A DNA stretch of 64,000 nt from Candidatus Micrarchaeota archaeon (GTDB lineage Archaea > Micrarchaeota > Micrarchaeia > Micrarchaeales > CABMGC01), in contig JAJZLJ010000030.1 in assembly GCA_021850625.1 (NCBI GenBank), forward strand, positions 22,356 to 86,355, written 5' to 3'. Below the pieces are notes generated by a model that saw only the letters and a list, made by a program, of their open reading frames with translations, ran no database searches and was not told the origin of the DNA. Numbering within the stretch: the stretch's first letter is position 1; each line of letters begins with the position of its first letter. Shown piece after piece: positions 1-8,046 of this stretch. The translations under genes were made by a program, and so were the position numbers.

Positions 1-367
1 TATTTATAAAAACACCGTTGGCAAATTCGCTATTAGGATAATAATAAAGACTGTTGAATACCCCAGTATTTCCATATTCTGGCATATCGCCATTAGTGCT
101 TGCAGTTGATGCACATGCAGCTCCATTTATTAAAATCTGTCCGCCTGTTGCTTGTGAAATTGTAAGGGTAAGGACACCATTGCTATCTAAAAACATTGAG
201 GAGCAAGAAAAACCAGAATAACCAGTACATGATTGTTGAAAAAGATCGTTGCTTGAGTTGCTTATTATGTATATTACCGCAACGGCAACTATTATTACAA
301 TAAGTGCTATACCATATGAAGCCATGAAGTCCATGGCGGCCTGTCCTTTTATTTTCCTTACCAACAA
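1..367 (-). CDS. class III signal peptide (pilin-like) surface protein, partial (runs off window start)
   Basis: Not in ORF track. Manual translation from TTG at 367: MLVRKIKG/QAAMDFMASYGIALIVIIVAVAVIYII...SCTGYSGFSC...NGVLTL...GAAC. KG/QxxMD motif, hydrophobic helix and the same Cys pattern as 9252..12056 and 54485..56134. Confidence 0.8.
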   Translation of the reverse strand, partial: MLVRKIKGQAAMDFMASYGIALIVIIVAVAVIYIISNSSNDLFQQSCTGYSGFSCSSMFLDSNGVLTLTISQATGGQILINGAACASTASTNGDMPEYGNTGVFNSLYYYPNSEFANGVFIN

Positions 368-982
368 CTACTTCGCCTTCATCTCGACCTTTGCTTCAAA
401 GTCTGAGACCTTATAGGTAAATTCATCATTAGTCTTTATTAATCCTTTCTCTTTCATGAACTCTCTTGCAAGAAGAAAGTATATTAAAGATAATGAACGT
501 CTACCTTTGTTATTGCACGGAACTACAAGATCGACATACTTTATCCAATTATCAGTATCGCATAATGCAATTATTGGAACGCTTGTCTTGCTCGCCTCTT
601 TTATAGCTTGTCTTTCGTTTCTGTTATCGCTTACTAAAATTATTTCAGGCTCTATAAAATCTTCTCTGTTAGGATTTGTAAAAAGACCAGGCATTACTCT
701 ACCAGTAACAAGTTTTACCTTTGTTATCTCTGCAAACTTCGTAGCTGCAGTTATAGAATATATTCTTGAAGCAGTAACAACTATTTCTGAAGGATCGTAT
801 TTAGCAAGCAACTTTGCAGCATATTTTATTCGTTTATCTATTGTAGCTAAATCAAGAAGATAAAGTCCATCCTCACGTACTTTGTAAATGTATCTACTCA
901 TGCCAGGAGTTCTAACCTTTGTGCCTATGTGTATACCTACTTCTAAATACTCAGTCTGATCAACAAGCGTCTCTTCATTCAT
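368..982 (-). CDS. rps2: 30S ribosomal protein uS2
   Basis: GIHIGT, GRVMPGLFTNP, DTDN, PCNNKGRRSL motifs. Start placed at ATG 982 (GGTG-N5-ATG); the ORF-track extension overlaps the tRNA. Confidence 0.97.
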   Translation of the reverse strand: MNEETLVDQTEYLEVGIHIGTKVRTPGMSRYIYKVREDGLYLLDLATIDKRIKYAAKLLAKYDPSEIVVTASRIYSITAATKFAEITKVKLVTGRVMPGLFTNPNREDFIEPEIILVSDNRNERQAIKEASKTSVPIIALCDTDNWIKYVDLVVPCNNKGRRSLSLIYFLLAREFMKEKGLIKTNDEFTYKVSDFEAKVEMKAK

Positions 983-1011
983 TTTTTCACCAACTTTTAA
1001 TTTTTTAAATT

Positions 1012-1098
1012 TGGGGTCGCCGAGATTTTCAATTTCTTTTTGAACTCGGGTCTTATGCTCCCTAAGCACAAAGCCTAACCAAACTAGCAGACGACCCC
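1012..1098 (-). tRNA. tRNA-Pro, anticodon AGG, with 13-nt T-loop intron (about 1026..1038)
   Basis: Acceptor GGGGTCG/CGACCCC-A, anticodon stem TGTGC/GCATA with loop TT-AGG-GA, T-stem CCGAG/CTCGG with a 20-nt loop. Lies between rpoN and rps2, the usual tRNA-Pro site. Confidence 0.88.
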
Positions 1099-1124
1099 TT
1101 AATTTTAAGTATTATTCACCTTGT

Positions 1125-1139
1125 TATTTATATGTTTTC
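1125..1139 (-). promoter_or_regulatory. BRE/TATA promoter for tRNA-Pro
   Basis: GAAAACATATAAATA on the minus strand about 27-41 nt upstream of the tRNA 5' end. Confidence 0.55.
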
Positions 1140-1141
1140 AA

Positions 1142-1342
1142 TTATTTCCTGCTGTAATTTATTATGTCGTCTATTAAATCGACATGTCCTATCATCATGC
1201 GCCTGCAACAATATCTTTTTATTTTCATCTCGTTGAGTACCTTTCCTGGCTCTTCTTTTTCCTTATTTACTCTTTTGTCGTACTCTTCCCATCTATCTGC
1301 AATTACTTGACCGCATGAAAAACATCTTACAGGAACCATCAT
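1142..1342 (-). CDS. rpoN: RNA polymerase subunit Rpo10 (N)
   Basis: MMVPVRCFSCG...RYCCRRMM zinc motif. Confidence 0.97.
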   Translation of the reverse strand: MMVPVRCFSCGQVIADRWEEYDKRVNKEKEEPGKVLNEMKIKRYCCRRMMIGHVDLIDDIINYSRK

Positions 1343-1364
1343 TGTTATCACTTATAATTTAATA

Positions 1365-1949
1365 TTATCTGTATGAAGTTTGGAATCTTGCTCTGGCCTT
1401 AGGACCCTTGAACTTCTTAGGCTCTACACGCCTAGAATCATCTATTAGAATATTTCTATCATACTGCATGAATATATTTTTTAATTCATCACTTCCTGAA
1501 GCAGCGACTATTGCTTTTGCAAGCGCATTTCTTGCAGCTTGTGCTCTTCCGCTTACACCACCACCGCTTACATTTATGCTTATTTTGGATTTTGATGCTA
1601 TCTCTTTTGCCATTGGAGCTATATTTAAAGGCTCCATTATGATTTCTTTTATTTCTTTAGGTTGTAGATATTCTATGCTTACTCCATTTAAGAGAATCTC
1701 TCCAGATCCATTACTGAATAAAGTTGCTCTTGCAACAGCTTCTTTTCGCTTTCCTTTTTCTATAAATATCTTCCCTAAACTTCTGCTTTTTTTAGATTTT
1801 GCTGTTTTCTTTACAGTTGTTTTCTTAGCTGATTTTTGTGAAGTTTTAGTTTGAGGAACCGCCTGATTAAACACACTTAATTCTTTATCAAAATCCTTTA
1901 CTCCTTTTGGAGTAATAATTGTTTTATCTACCATTGTATCATTAGCCAT
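1365..1949 (-). CDS. rps9: 30S ribosomal protein uS9 with about 58-aa N-terminal extension
   Basis: GKRKEAVARA, VSGGGVSG, DSRRVEPKKFKGPKARARFQTSYR. Confidence 0.97.
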   Translation of the reverse strand: MANDTMVDKTIITPKGVKDFDKELSVFNQAVPQTKTSQKSAKKTTVKKTAKSKKSRSLGKIFIEKGKRKEAVARATLFSNGSGEILLNGVSIEYLQPKEIKEIIMEPLNIAPMAKEIASKSKISINVSGGGVSGRAQAARNALAKAIVAASGSDELKNIFMQYDRNILIDDSRRVEPKKFKGPKARARFQTSYR

Positions 1950-1953
1950 ATAC

Positions 1954-2376
1954 TCACTTGTATCCTAACTTTTCTGAAATAGTTTTTATTGTTATAAGAT
2001 CCTCGTAGACCTCTGTTCCTTTCTTAAGATTAAAATCGTTTTTATCTTCCATGCCTTCAGGAACACCCATGTAGACCTTTAAATTTTTATATGCAGTTTT
2101 ACCCTTTGGTTGTCTGTATGGAAGCATGCCACGCACAACTCTCTTCACAAAAAGATCTGGTCTTCTTGAAATATATGGAGAGTTTTCAGGATTTGCTTTG
2201 TCCTTCAGCTCGACCTTTTCCTTGTATTTGTTTATTATAAATTTGAGATGGCCGCTCATTACTACTTTCTCTGCATTAAATATGTTTACAGTATTTCCTT
2301 CTAGAAGTAGTTTTGCAGCTTTGCTAGCAAGCCTTCCTAAGATAATACCGTCTCCATTTATTGAATATTCAACCAT
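1954..2376 (-). CDS. rpl13: 50S ribosomal protein uL13
   Basis: ILGRLAS, NAEKVVMSG, RPDLFVKRVVRGMLP, LKVYMGVP. Confidence 0.97.
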   Translation of the reverse strand: MVEYSINGDGIILGRLASKAAKLLLEGNTVNIFNAEKVVMSGHLKFIINKYKEKVELKDKANPENSPYISRRPDLFVKRVVRGMLPYRQPKGKTAYKNLKVYMGVPEGMEDKNDFNLKKGTEVYEDLITIKTISEKLGYK

Positions 2377-2380
2377 AAAC

Positions 2381-2725
2381 TCACACTATAATCCTAATAT
2401 TGTCGTTTTTAATCATGTTTTCTATAGCTACAACGCTGCAGCCTGCTGCTTTAAGCATCTCAAGTGAAGATGCGGAGTACTCTATAGCAGAAATATTGAA
2501 CTTTTTTGTGATTTTTCCTGTGCCTAGAATTTTGCCAGGAACAATTATATTATCATTATTATTAACATATTTTTCAAGCTTCTGAAGCGTAACAGTAACT
2601 CTTTGTCTCCTTGGTTTTGATGCTTTAAAGATCGCACTTTCGGATAACTTTGCATTTTTACCATTAGCCTTTGCTTTTTCCAAAGCAGCTATCCATTTCG
2701 TTGTTGTTTCTTTTTCTATTTTCAT
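2381..2725 (-). CDS. rpl18e: 50S ribosomal protein eL18
   Basis: KPRRQRVTV, IIVPGKILGTG, operon position; GGTG-N5-ATG. Confidence 0.95.
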   Translation of the reverse strand: MKIEKETTTKWIAALEKAKANGKNAKLSESAIFKASKPRRQRVTVTLQKLEKYVNNNDNIIVPGKILGTGKITKKFNISAIEYSASSLEMLKAAGCSVVAIENMIKNDNIRIIV

Positions 2726-2747
2726 TATAGCACCATTTATGCTTTAT

Positions 2748-2834
2748 TGCGGGGGGTGAGATTTGAACTCACGCAAGCTCTAAAGCTACAGGAGCCTCGG
2801 TCCTGCGCATTTGACCATACTCTGCCACCCCCGC
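2748..2834 (-). tRNA. tRNA-Leu(GAG), long variable arm, C at position 33
   Basis: GCGGGGG/CCCCCGC-A acceptor, CAGGA/TCCTG stem with loop CC-GAG-GC, GTGAG-TTCAAAT-CTCAC T-arm; usual site upstream of rpl18e. Confidence 0.93.
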
Positions 2835-2846
2835 TTTTGGGTTTGC

Positions 2847-3419
2847 TCATTTCTTAAGCTCCTTGCTTATCTCTTTTACATTATTACTTATTATATCTAA
2901 TGCACGCGTTATTATTTCCATTGCGGGAATTTGGCCAAATGTTTCAACATAAAACTCAAATTCATCTCCTTTTTCATTTGCAGAGTAGGTTGCTAGTCCG
3001 GGCTGAAATTTTGAGCTTTTAGCTCCAGTACTTAATATTGCAGTGGCGTCAAACCTAAGCTTTTGTCCTTGTGCAAGCTTCATTAAAGGTATATTTTCAT
3101 TAGCCACTCGTACATCTTTATCTGAACTTATTATTTCTTTTGAATAAACAGTCATTGGGCCCTCAACTGAAAGCTTGAATAATATCTCATCTTTTTTAGT
3201 GTAGCCTTTTGGTGTTAGAATTGGTATTAGACCTATTCTATGGGCTATGTATTCATCAAACATTGCGCTTGAGTTTTCATAGAAGGTTACTGTATCTATT
3301 GCAAAACACTCTATGCTATTCATCATTATCCTGCGTAATGCATTAGCAAAGTTAAAACCTACTCCAGAAAGCTTAAAGCTGACTGAAGTTGGTGTATTCT
3401 CGATAATATTTACTTTCAT
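2847..3419 (-). CDS. rpoD: RNA polymerase subunit Rpo3 (D), short form without Fe-S domain
   Basis: FANALRRIM, NSSAMFDEYIAHRIGLIP, VETFGQ; 190 aa, no Cys cluster. Confidence 0.95.
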   Translation of the reverse strand: MKVNIIENTPTSVSFKLSGVGFNFANALRRIMMNSIECFAIDTVTFYENSSAMFDEYIAHRIGLIPILTPKGYTKKDEILFKLSVEGPMTVYSKEIISSDKDVRVANENIPLMKLAQGQKLRFDATAILSTGAKSSKFQPGLATYSANEKGDEFEFYVETFGQIPAMEIITRALDIISNNVKEISKELKK

Positions 3420-3593
3420 AAAAACCAGCCAAAAATAGGCGTCAAGACTTTATAAATTATGTATGGTAATATATTTAATTCTTTTGTAACTTAGCACTGT
3501 ATTGAATTTATCACTAAATTACTCAAAAAGCTTTTATTTTACATCTATTTATACTCTAATAGTATTAATTAATTATTTATTTATAGTGTTATT

Positions 3594-4178
3594 ATGGATT
3601 TCTGGGAGGTATTATTTCGCAAAAAACTTGATGGCTCTTTCGGCTCAGATAGACTTGTTCTTAACACAGGAGATAGACACAATAGCTCTATAAATAGATA
3701 CTTCGACAGGGGAGTAGTGCTTGCGGCTGATTCAATTATTAAAAAAACATATTCTTACGATACAAGATATATAAGGATTCCAAATCTTACCTTTGATTTA
3801 CTTGTAATTTTTTTTGATGTTAATACCTCTTACACATTGGCGTTTAGAACAGGTAAGATTATTGGTGGAAAGGAAATCGATAAGATATCTAGCATTATAG
3901 ATGAATTAAAAAGAGCAAATATAGAAGCTAGACTTATTGGCATGCAGAATAATCACATAGAACAAACGGGCTTCTTTCAGAAATTAAAGGATAATGTTGA
4001 ATGTAAACTTATGGAGGTTGATCTGTTTGGTAGAGAACAAAGAAATATAATTATAGATACTAAAACAGGAATGACTTATAATTTACTTCTTGAAAATAGG
4101 ATATATAGGCCTGGAGAGCTGATAAATAAACAGAGTTATGATGAGTTTTTCTCTACTACTAAAACTTTAATTATATGA
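3594..4178 (+). CDS. hypothetical protein, possibly CheD-like fold without catalytic residues
   Basis: 194-aa ORF; C-terminal EVDLFGREQRNIIIDTKTG resembles the CheD eDvGG..gR.i.fD..tG segment (fold call is weak). Confidence 0.6.
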   Translation: MDFWEVLFRKKLDGSFGSDRLVLNTGDRHNSSINRYFDRGVVLAADSIIKKTYSYDTRYIRIPNLTFDLLVIFFDVNTSYTLAFRTGKIIGGKEIDKISSIIDELKRANIEARLIGMQNNHIEQTGFFQKLKDNVECKLMEVDLFGREQRNIIIDTKTGMTYNLLLENRIYRPGELINKQSYDEFFSTTKTLII

Positions 4179-4710
4179 GAGGAAATATAGCCAGATCCTG
4201 ATATGTAGGTCCTTCTTTTGAAAGAGTGCTTTTTTTGAGTTTAAAACTTTCTACAGTAAAACTACCGAAAGATAGTGGTTTTTCATAATCTATTATTTCC
4301 CATATTTTTTTGTTATCTTTTACCCTCGCTATTGTTAAATGTGGTATAAAGGTATTTGTATCAGTTTTTATTATTTGGAAGAGTTCTAGTTTAGAGATAA
4401 TAGCTCTGTTGAGTTCAATAATAGACTCTTTGTTCTCTGCTACGTTTATGAAGATTACCCCTTCGGTATTACTTCTTTTAAAATATCCCATATTTTCAAA
4501 TGAAAGATTGAATTTTGTCTTGTTTATTTCAAAAAGCTTAGGTATAATAAAATCTATCTGCTCTTTCTCCAGTTCTCCTAAAAAAGCAAGCGTTATATGT
4601 AATTGTAAAGAAGGTATTATTTTTACTCCAGGCATCCGTAAAGTATTCTGAAAAGTAAGTATATTTTTAATTATATTATTCGGAAGGTCTACGCTTAAAA
4701 ATGCTCTCAT
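4171..4710 (-). CDS. thpR: RNA 2',3'-cyclic phosphodiesterase (2H family)
   Basis: MRAFLSVD start, HITL and PHLTIAR 2H motifs, STLSKEGPTY. Confidence 0.92.
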   Translation of the reverse strand: MRAFLSVDLPNNIIKNILTFQNTLRMPGVKIIPSLQLHITLAFLGELEKEQIDFIIPKLFEINKTKFNLSFENMGYFKRSNTEGVIFINVAENKESIIELNRAIISKLELFQIIKTDTNTFIPHLTIARVKDNKKIWEIIDYEKPLSFGSFTVESFKLKKSTLSKEGPTYQDLAIFPLI

Positions 4711-4769
4711 GTATAATACATACATATCGAATATTTATATTTTAATTGTACAAAACATATGGTGAGTTA

Positions 4770-5099
4770 TTGGCTAGTATTGAGGATCTTTCTAAACTTG
4801 ATATAAGAATTGGAAGAGTTACAGCTATCGAGGATATAGAAGGCGCTAAGAGCCCAGTTTTTAAGCTGAATGTTTATTTGGGTGAGGAGATAGGCATGCG
4901 CGTGATTGTTGCTGGAATAAAAAATAGTTATAGTAAAGAACAGCTTCTTAATAAACAGATAGTTTGTATTGTAAATCTTGAGCCAAAAAAGATTGCAAAT
5001 GTTATTTCAAATGGTATGCTTCTTGCTAGTGGAGAAGGTGAACACATAGTTTTACTTTCTCCTGAAAAAGAAATAGAAGATGGTTCCATAGTTAGATAG
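4770..5099 (+). CDS. stand-alone tRNA-binding OB-fold protein (Trbp111/CsaA/MetRS C-terminal-like)
   Basis: KLDIRIGRV, IVAGIK, IVNLEPKKIANVISNGMLLA; GGTG-N5-TTG. Confidence 0.9.
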   Translation: MASIEDLSKLDIRIGRVTAIEDIEGAKSPVFKLNVYLGEEIGMRVIVAGIKNSYSKEQLLNKQIVCIVNLEPKKIANVISNGMLLASGEGEHIVLLSPEKEIEDGSIVR

Positions 5100-5107
5100 G
5101 ATTTTTT

Positions 5108-5650
5108 ATGATAATTGGTATAACCGGAAGACCAGGAGCAGGGAAATCAGAGGTTTCACGTATACTTGAAAGTATGGGCTTTGTTGTAATAGAGATGGGA
5201 TCTGTAATAAAATCAGAGATGATAAAAAAAGGAATAGAACCAACTCCTAAAAATACTAAAGAATTTATGCTGCACATAAGAGAGATGGAGGGGGATGAAG
5301 TGATAGCCAAAAAAACAGTTGAGGATGTATTAATTAAGAACAATGACAATATTGTGATTACAGGAATAAGAAGTTTAACGGAGGTAGAGTACTTTAAAAA
5401 ATATATTAAAAATATTAAAATGCTAGCCATAAAGTCACCGCAAGAAACAAGATTTAAAAGATTAAATAAAAGAGGAAGATCTGATGACCCTAAAACATTC
5501 GGTGAGTTCATAAATTATCGTGAAAATAACGAAACGAAGGTTGGAATAGATGAAGCAATAGAAAGTTCAGAGTATGTGATTGAAAATTCCGGCACTGTTG
5601 AGGAACTACAGCGAAGTGTTTTTCTTGTTCTTGAAGATATGAATAAATAA
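5108..5650 (+). CDS. P-loop nucleoside monophosphate/dephospho-CoA kinase-like protein (UPF0200-like)
   Basis: GITGRPGAGKS Walker A, GIRSLTEV, RFKRLNKRGRSDD, IENSGT. Confidence 0.85.
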   Translation: MIIGITGRPGAGKSEVSRILESMGFVVIEMGSVIKSEMIKKGIEPTPKNTKEFMLHIREMEGDEVIAKKTVEDVLIKNNDNIVITGIRSLTEVEYFKKYIKNIKMLAIKSPQETRFKRLNKRGRSDDPKTFGEFINYRENNETKVGIDEAIESSEYVIENSGTVEELQRSVFLVLEDMNK

Positions 5651-5716
5651 TTTTAATGAAATATTTTTATAAATAAACATTTGATTCGGTAGTGTGCAGA
5701 ATTAAAAGTTATGTTA

Positions 5717-6049
5717 TTATAATCCACCAACTAGTGATGAAATATAATTATTTGATTGTGTTGAAGAACGATAATTTCTTAGTATGGTTCGACCTTCTGC
5801 CGTAAGAGAGAGAGGCTTATATGCCTCTCCCTTCTCGGTAAAATCCACCACCCTCTCTTTTTTAAGCTTTTTAAGTATGTACCATATACCACTTTGTGAT
5901 AAACCATAGCTATCAGCAAAAAACTCTACGAAGTTTGTAGCAGCAGGAATTTGATCTAAACCAATCTCATAGAGAAGAGCAAGCTCTTTGCTATTGAGCC
6001 TTTTGTTTGTTTTTCCAGCACTTCTAACTATTAATTTTGCCACTTGCAT
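5717..6049 (-). CDS. small winged-helix DNA-binding protein (putative)
   Basis: LSQSGIWYILKKLKKERVV helix and LSLTAEGR wing motif; GGTG-N5-ATG at 6049. Confidence 0.7.
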   Translation of the reverse strand: MQVAKLIVRSAGKTNKRLNSKELALLYEIGLDQIPAATNFVEFFADSYGLSQSGIWYILKKLKKERVVDFTEKGEAYKPLSLTAEGRTILRNYRSSTQSNNYISSLVGGL

Positions 6050-6296
6050 AAGAGCACCACAAAAAAAGATTTTTAAAAAGCCCTTATGCAACAGATATGC
6101 ACAACTTAAAGTTATACATATTTTTTGTTGCTATAGCTACTGGTGAGATGTGTACGAACCACATTGCATTATTAATACCAGTTTCCATTTGCAACACTGT
6201 TTTGACTATATGATTATTTCAAGCATTGATATTTAAACCTTTTCTACAAAGTGCTATACTAATATTCGAGATTGCGCTAACAACTTAGGTATATTT

Positions 6297-7154
6297 ATGC
6301 TTGACGAGATAATAAGGATAATATTGCTTATTGCAATAACATCAATTTATGCTTATTTTGATGTTTTTAACAAACGGGAGATACCTAATATTTTCGCATA
6401 TGCAAGCATAGCAATTGCACTTATAGCCGCAGTTGTCCTAGGTGGAGATCCGTATTATATACTTCTTCTTGCAGCCGGGATAGCAGTTTTTGGATATTTA
6501 ATATATGAAAAAGGTTTTTTAGGAGGCGGAGATGTTTTTGAGTTTGTTGTTATAACTCTTTTATTACCGCTTCAACCAATTCCCTTTTTTATTAATGTAC
6601 AGCAATTAGGTTTACCATTCATACTTTCAGTTTTTATTGCCTCTGGATATGCCTCTATAATAATAATTTTAATTTATTATATTGTATTTGCAAAAAAAAC
6701 TGAAATCGAAAGAAACTTTAGAATAGAAAGAATAAGAATTTTAAAGGCCGTAAGTTTAATTATTGCATATCTTTTGCTTATTGGTTTGATATATTATATT
6801 TTGAAGATAAGTATTCTAGGAATTATTTTATTAATAATAATAGCAGTATTATCTGCTTTAATTATGATATTCGAAAAATTAATAAATTACAGAATGGTTA
6901 AGGAACTTGAGCCTACCTCAATTAAAATAGAGGATATGATAGCAATAAATCTTATGCCTCAGTCTGAACTTGATTATTTTAAAAAGCACTCTAAGCATTT
7001 TGGAAGATTAGCAACTAGAGAGATGTTAAATGAGATAAAAGAGATTAAGAAAAAACTGCCAGTATATAGAAATGCCGCTCCGTTGTCCGCATTTATCTTA
7101 ATAGGGGTAATATTATCTCTATTTTTTGGAAACATAATACTTTTAATAATATAG
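6297..7154 (+). CDS. A24 family prepilin/prearchaellin peptidase (FlaK/PibD-like)
   Basis: AYFDVFNKREIPN and LGGGDV catalytic Asp motifs; multiple TM helices. Confidence 0.88.
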   Translation: MLDEIIRIILLIAITSIYAYFDVFNKREIPNIFAYASIAIALIAAVVLGGDPYYILLLAAGIAVFGYLIYEKGFLGGGDVFEFVVITLLLPLQPIPFFINVQQLGLPFILSVFIASGYASIIIILIYYIVFAKKTEIERNFRIERIRILKAVSLIIAYLLLIGLIYYILKISILGIILLIIIAVLSALIMIFEKLINYRMVKELEPTSIKIEDMIAINLMPQSELDYFKKHSKHFGRLATREMLNEIKEIKKKLPVYRNAAPLSAFILIGVILSLFFGNIILLII

Positions 7155-7171
7155 CAATTAATTAGATATGT

Positions 7172-7996
7172 ATGGAAGTAGATAATAATAAATTACAACA
7201 GAACACAAACAACGAGCTTCAGAAAGGGAATTCTTTTGGAATTGAACCTAATGCAGAACTACCTTGGGAGGCAAATGAAAGAGAAAAGAAGATGCTCGAA
7301 CAGAGCTTTCTATCCAAATATTGGATGCTAATAGTAGTAGTCGTTCTTCTCTTAATACTTCCATTTACTATAATTAATATAAATTTTAATAAAACAAGCT
7401 CTATTTCTGGAAATAATACCAACACGGCAAAGCAGATAACCAATAATCTCTATCTTACAAAATTAGAGGTAGCATCATTGTTTGGTATTAATGCTCCTGT
7501 AACTGAGGATTTATCTATTTATAATAATACACAGAGATCTTCTTTAAACAGCTTTTTGCAGGATTATGCGAATAGTTTAAGAGATAATATTACTGCAGCT
7601 TTATATGCAGTATATCAACAAAATATAACTGAAAATGGTAACTCTGATGGATATGTAAGTGTATTTTTTAAGGAATACAAAACGTTAAAACCAATATATG
7701 TTTATTCACAATTATTCAAATATGTTTTTTCCAATGTTTCATCTGTTATTAATAATAAAACTTATAATAATTTAGAATACTCCATTCAAGAGTATTCCGG
7801 TGTGGGTTGTAAGTGTAACGTATTAAACAATGGAACATCGGTAAGTTATAATGATCTTGGTTATAATATAGTAGCTGTAAAAAATGACAATGTTTCAATA
7901 GTGGATATCACAGAAACCACATATAATAATATAAAAATAAATGCCCCAACACTTAATGTTACAAAACTTATATATTTTATTTCTAATTATAGCTAA
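7172..7996 (+). CDS. single-pass membrane protein with Asn/Thr-rich extracellular domain
   Basis: One TM (WMLIVVVVLLLILPFTII), many N-x-S/T sequons. Confidence 0.7.
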   Translation: MEVDNNKLQQNTNNELQKGNSFGIEPNAELPWEANEREKKMLEQSFLSKYWMLIVVVVLLLILPFTIININFNKTSSISGNNTNTAKQITNNLYLTKLEVASLFGINAPVTEDLSIYNNTQRSSLNSFLQDYANSLRDNITAALYAVYQQNITENGNSDGYVSVFFKEYKTLKPIYVYSQLFKYVFSNVSSVINNKTYNNLEYSIQEYSGVGCKCNVLNNGTSVSYNDLGYNIVAVKNDNVSIVDITETTYNNIKINAPTLNVTKLIYFISNYS

Positions 7997-8046
7997 AGCA
8001 ACCGCAACGCATAATTATTTTTATAGCAAAATGTAATTGTGTATGA

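Noticed and set aside
983..1069. 29-aa N-terminal extension of uS2 in the ORF track
   Set aside because: It overlaps tRNA-Pro; the ATG at 982 has a perfect GGTG-N5 RBS.
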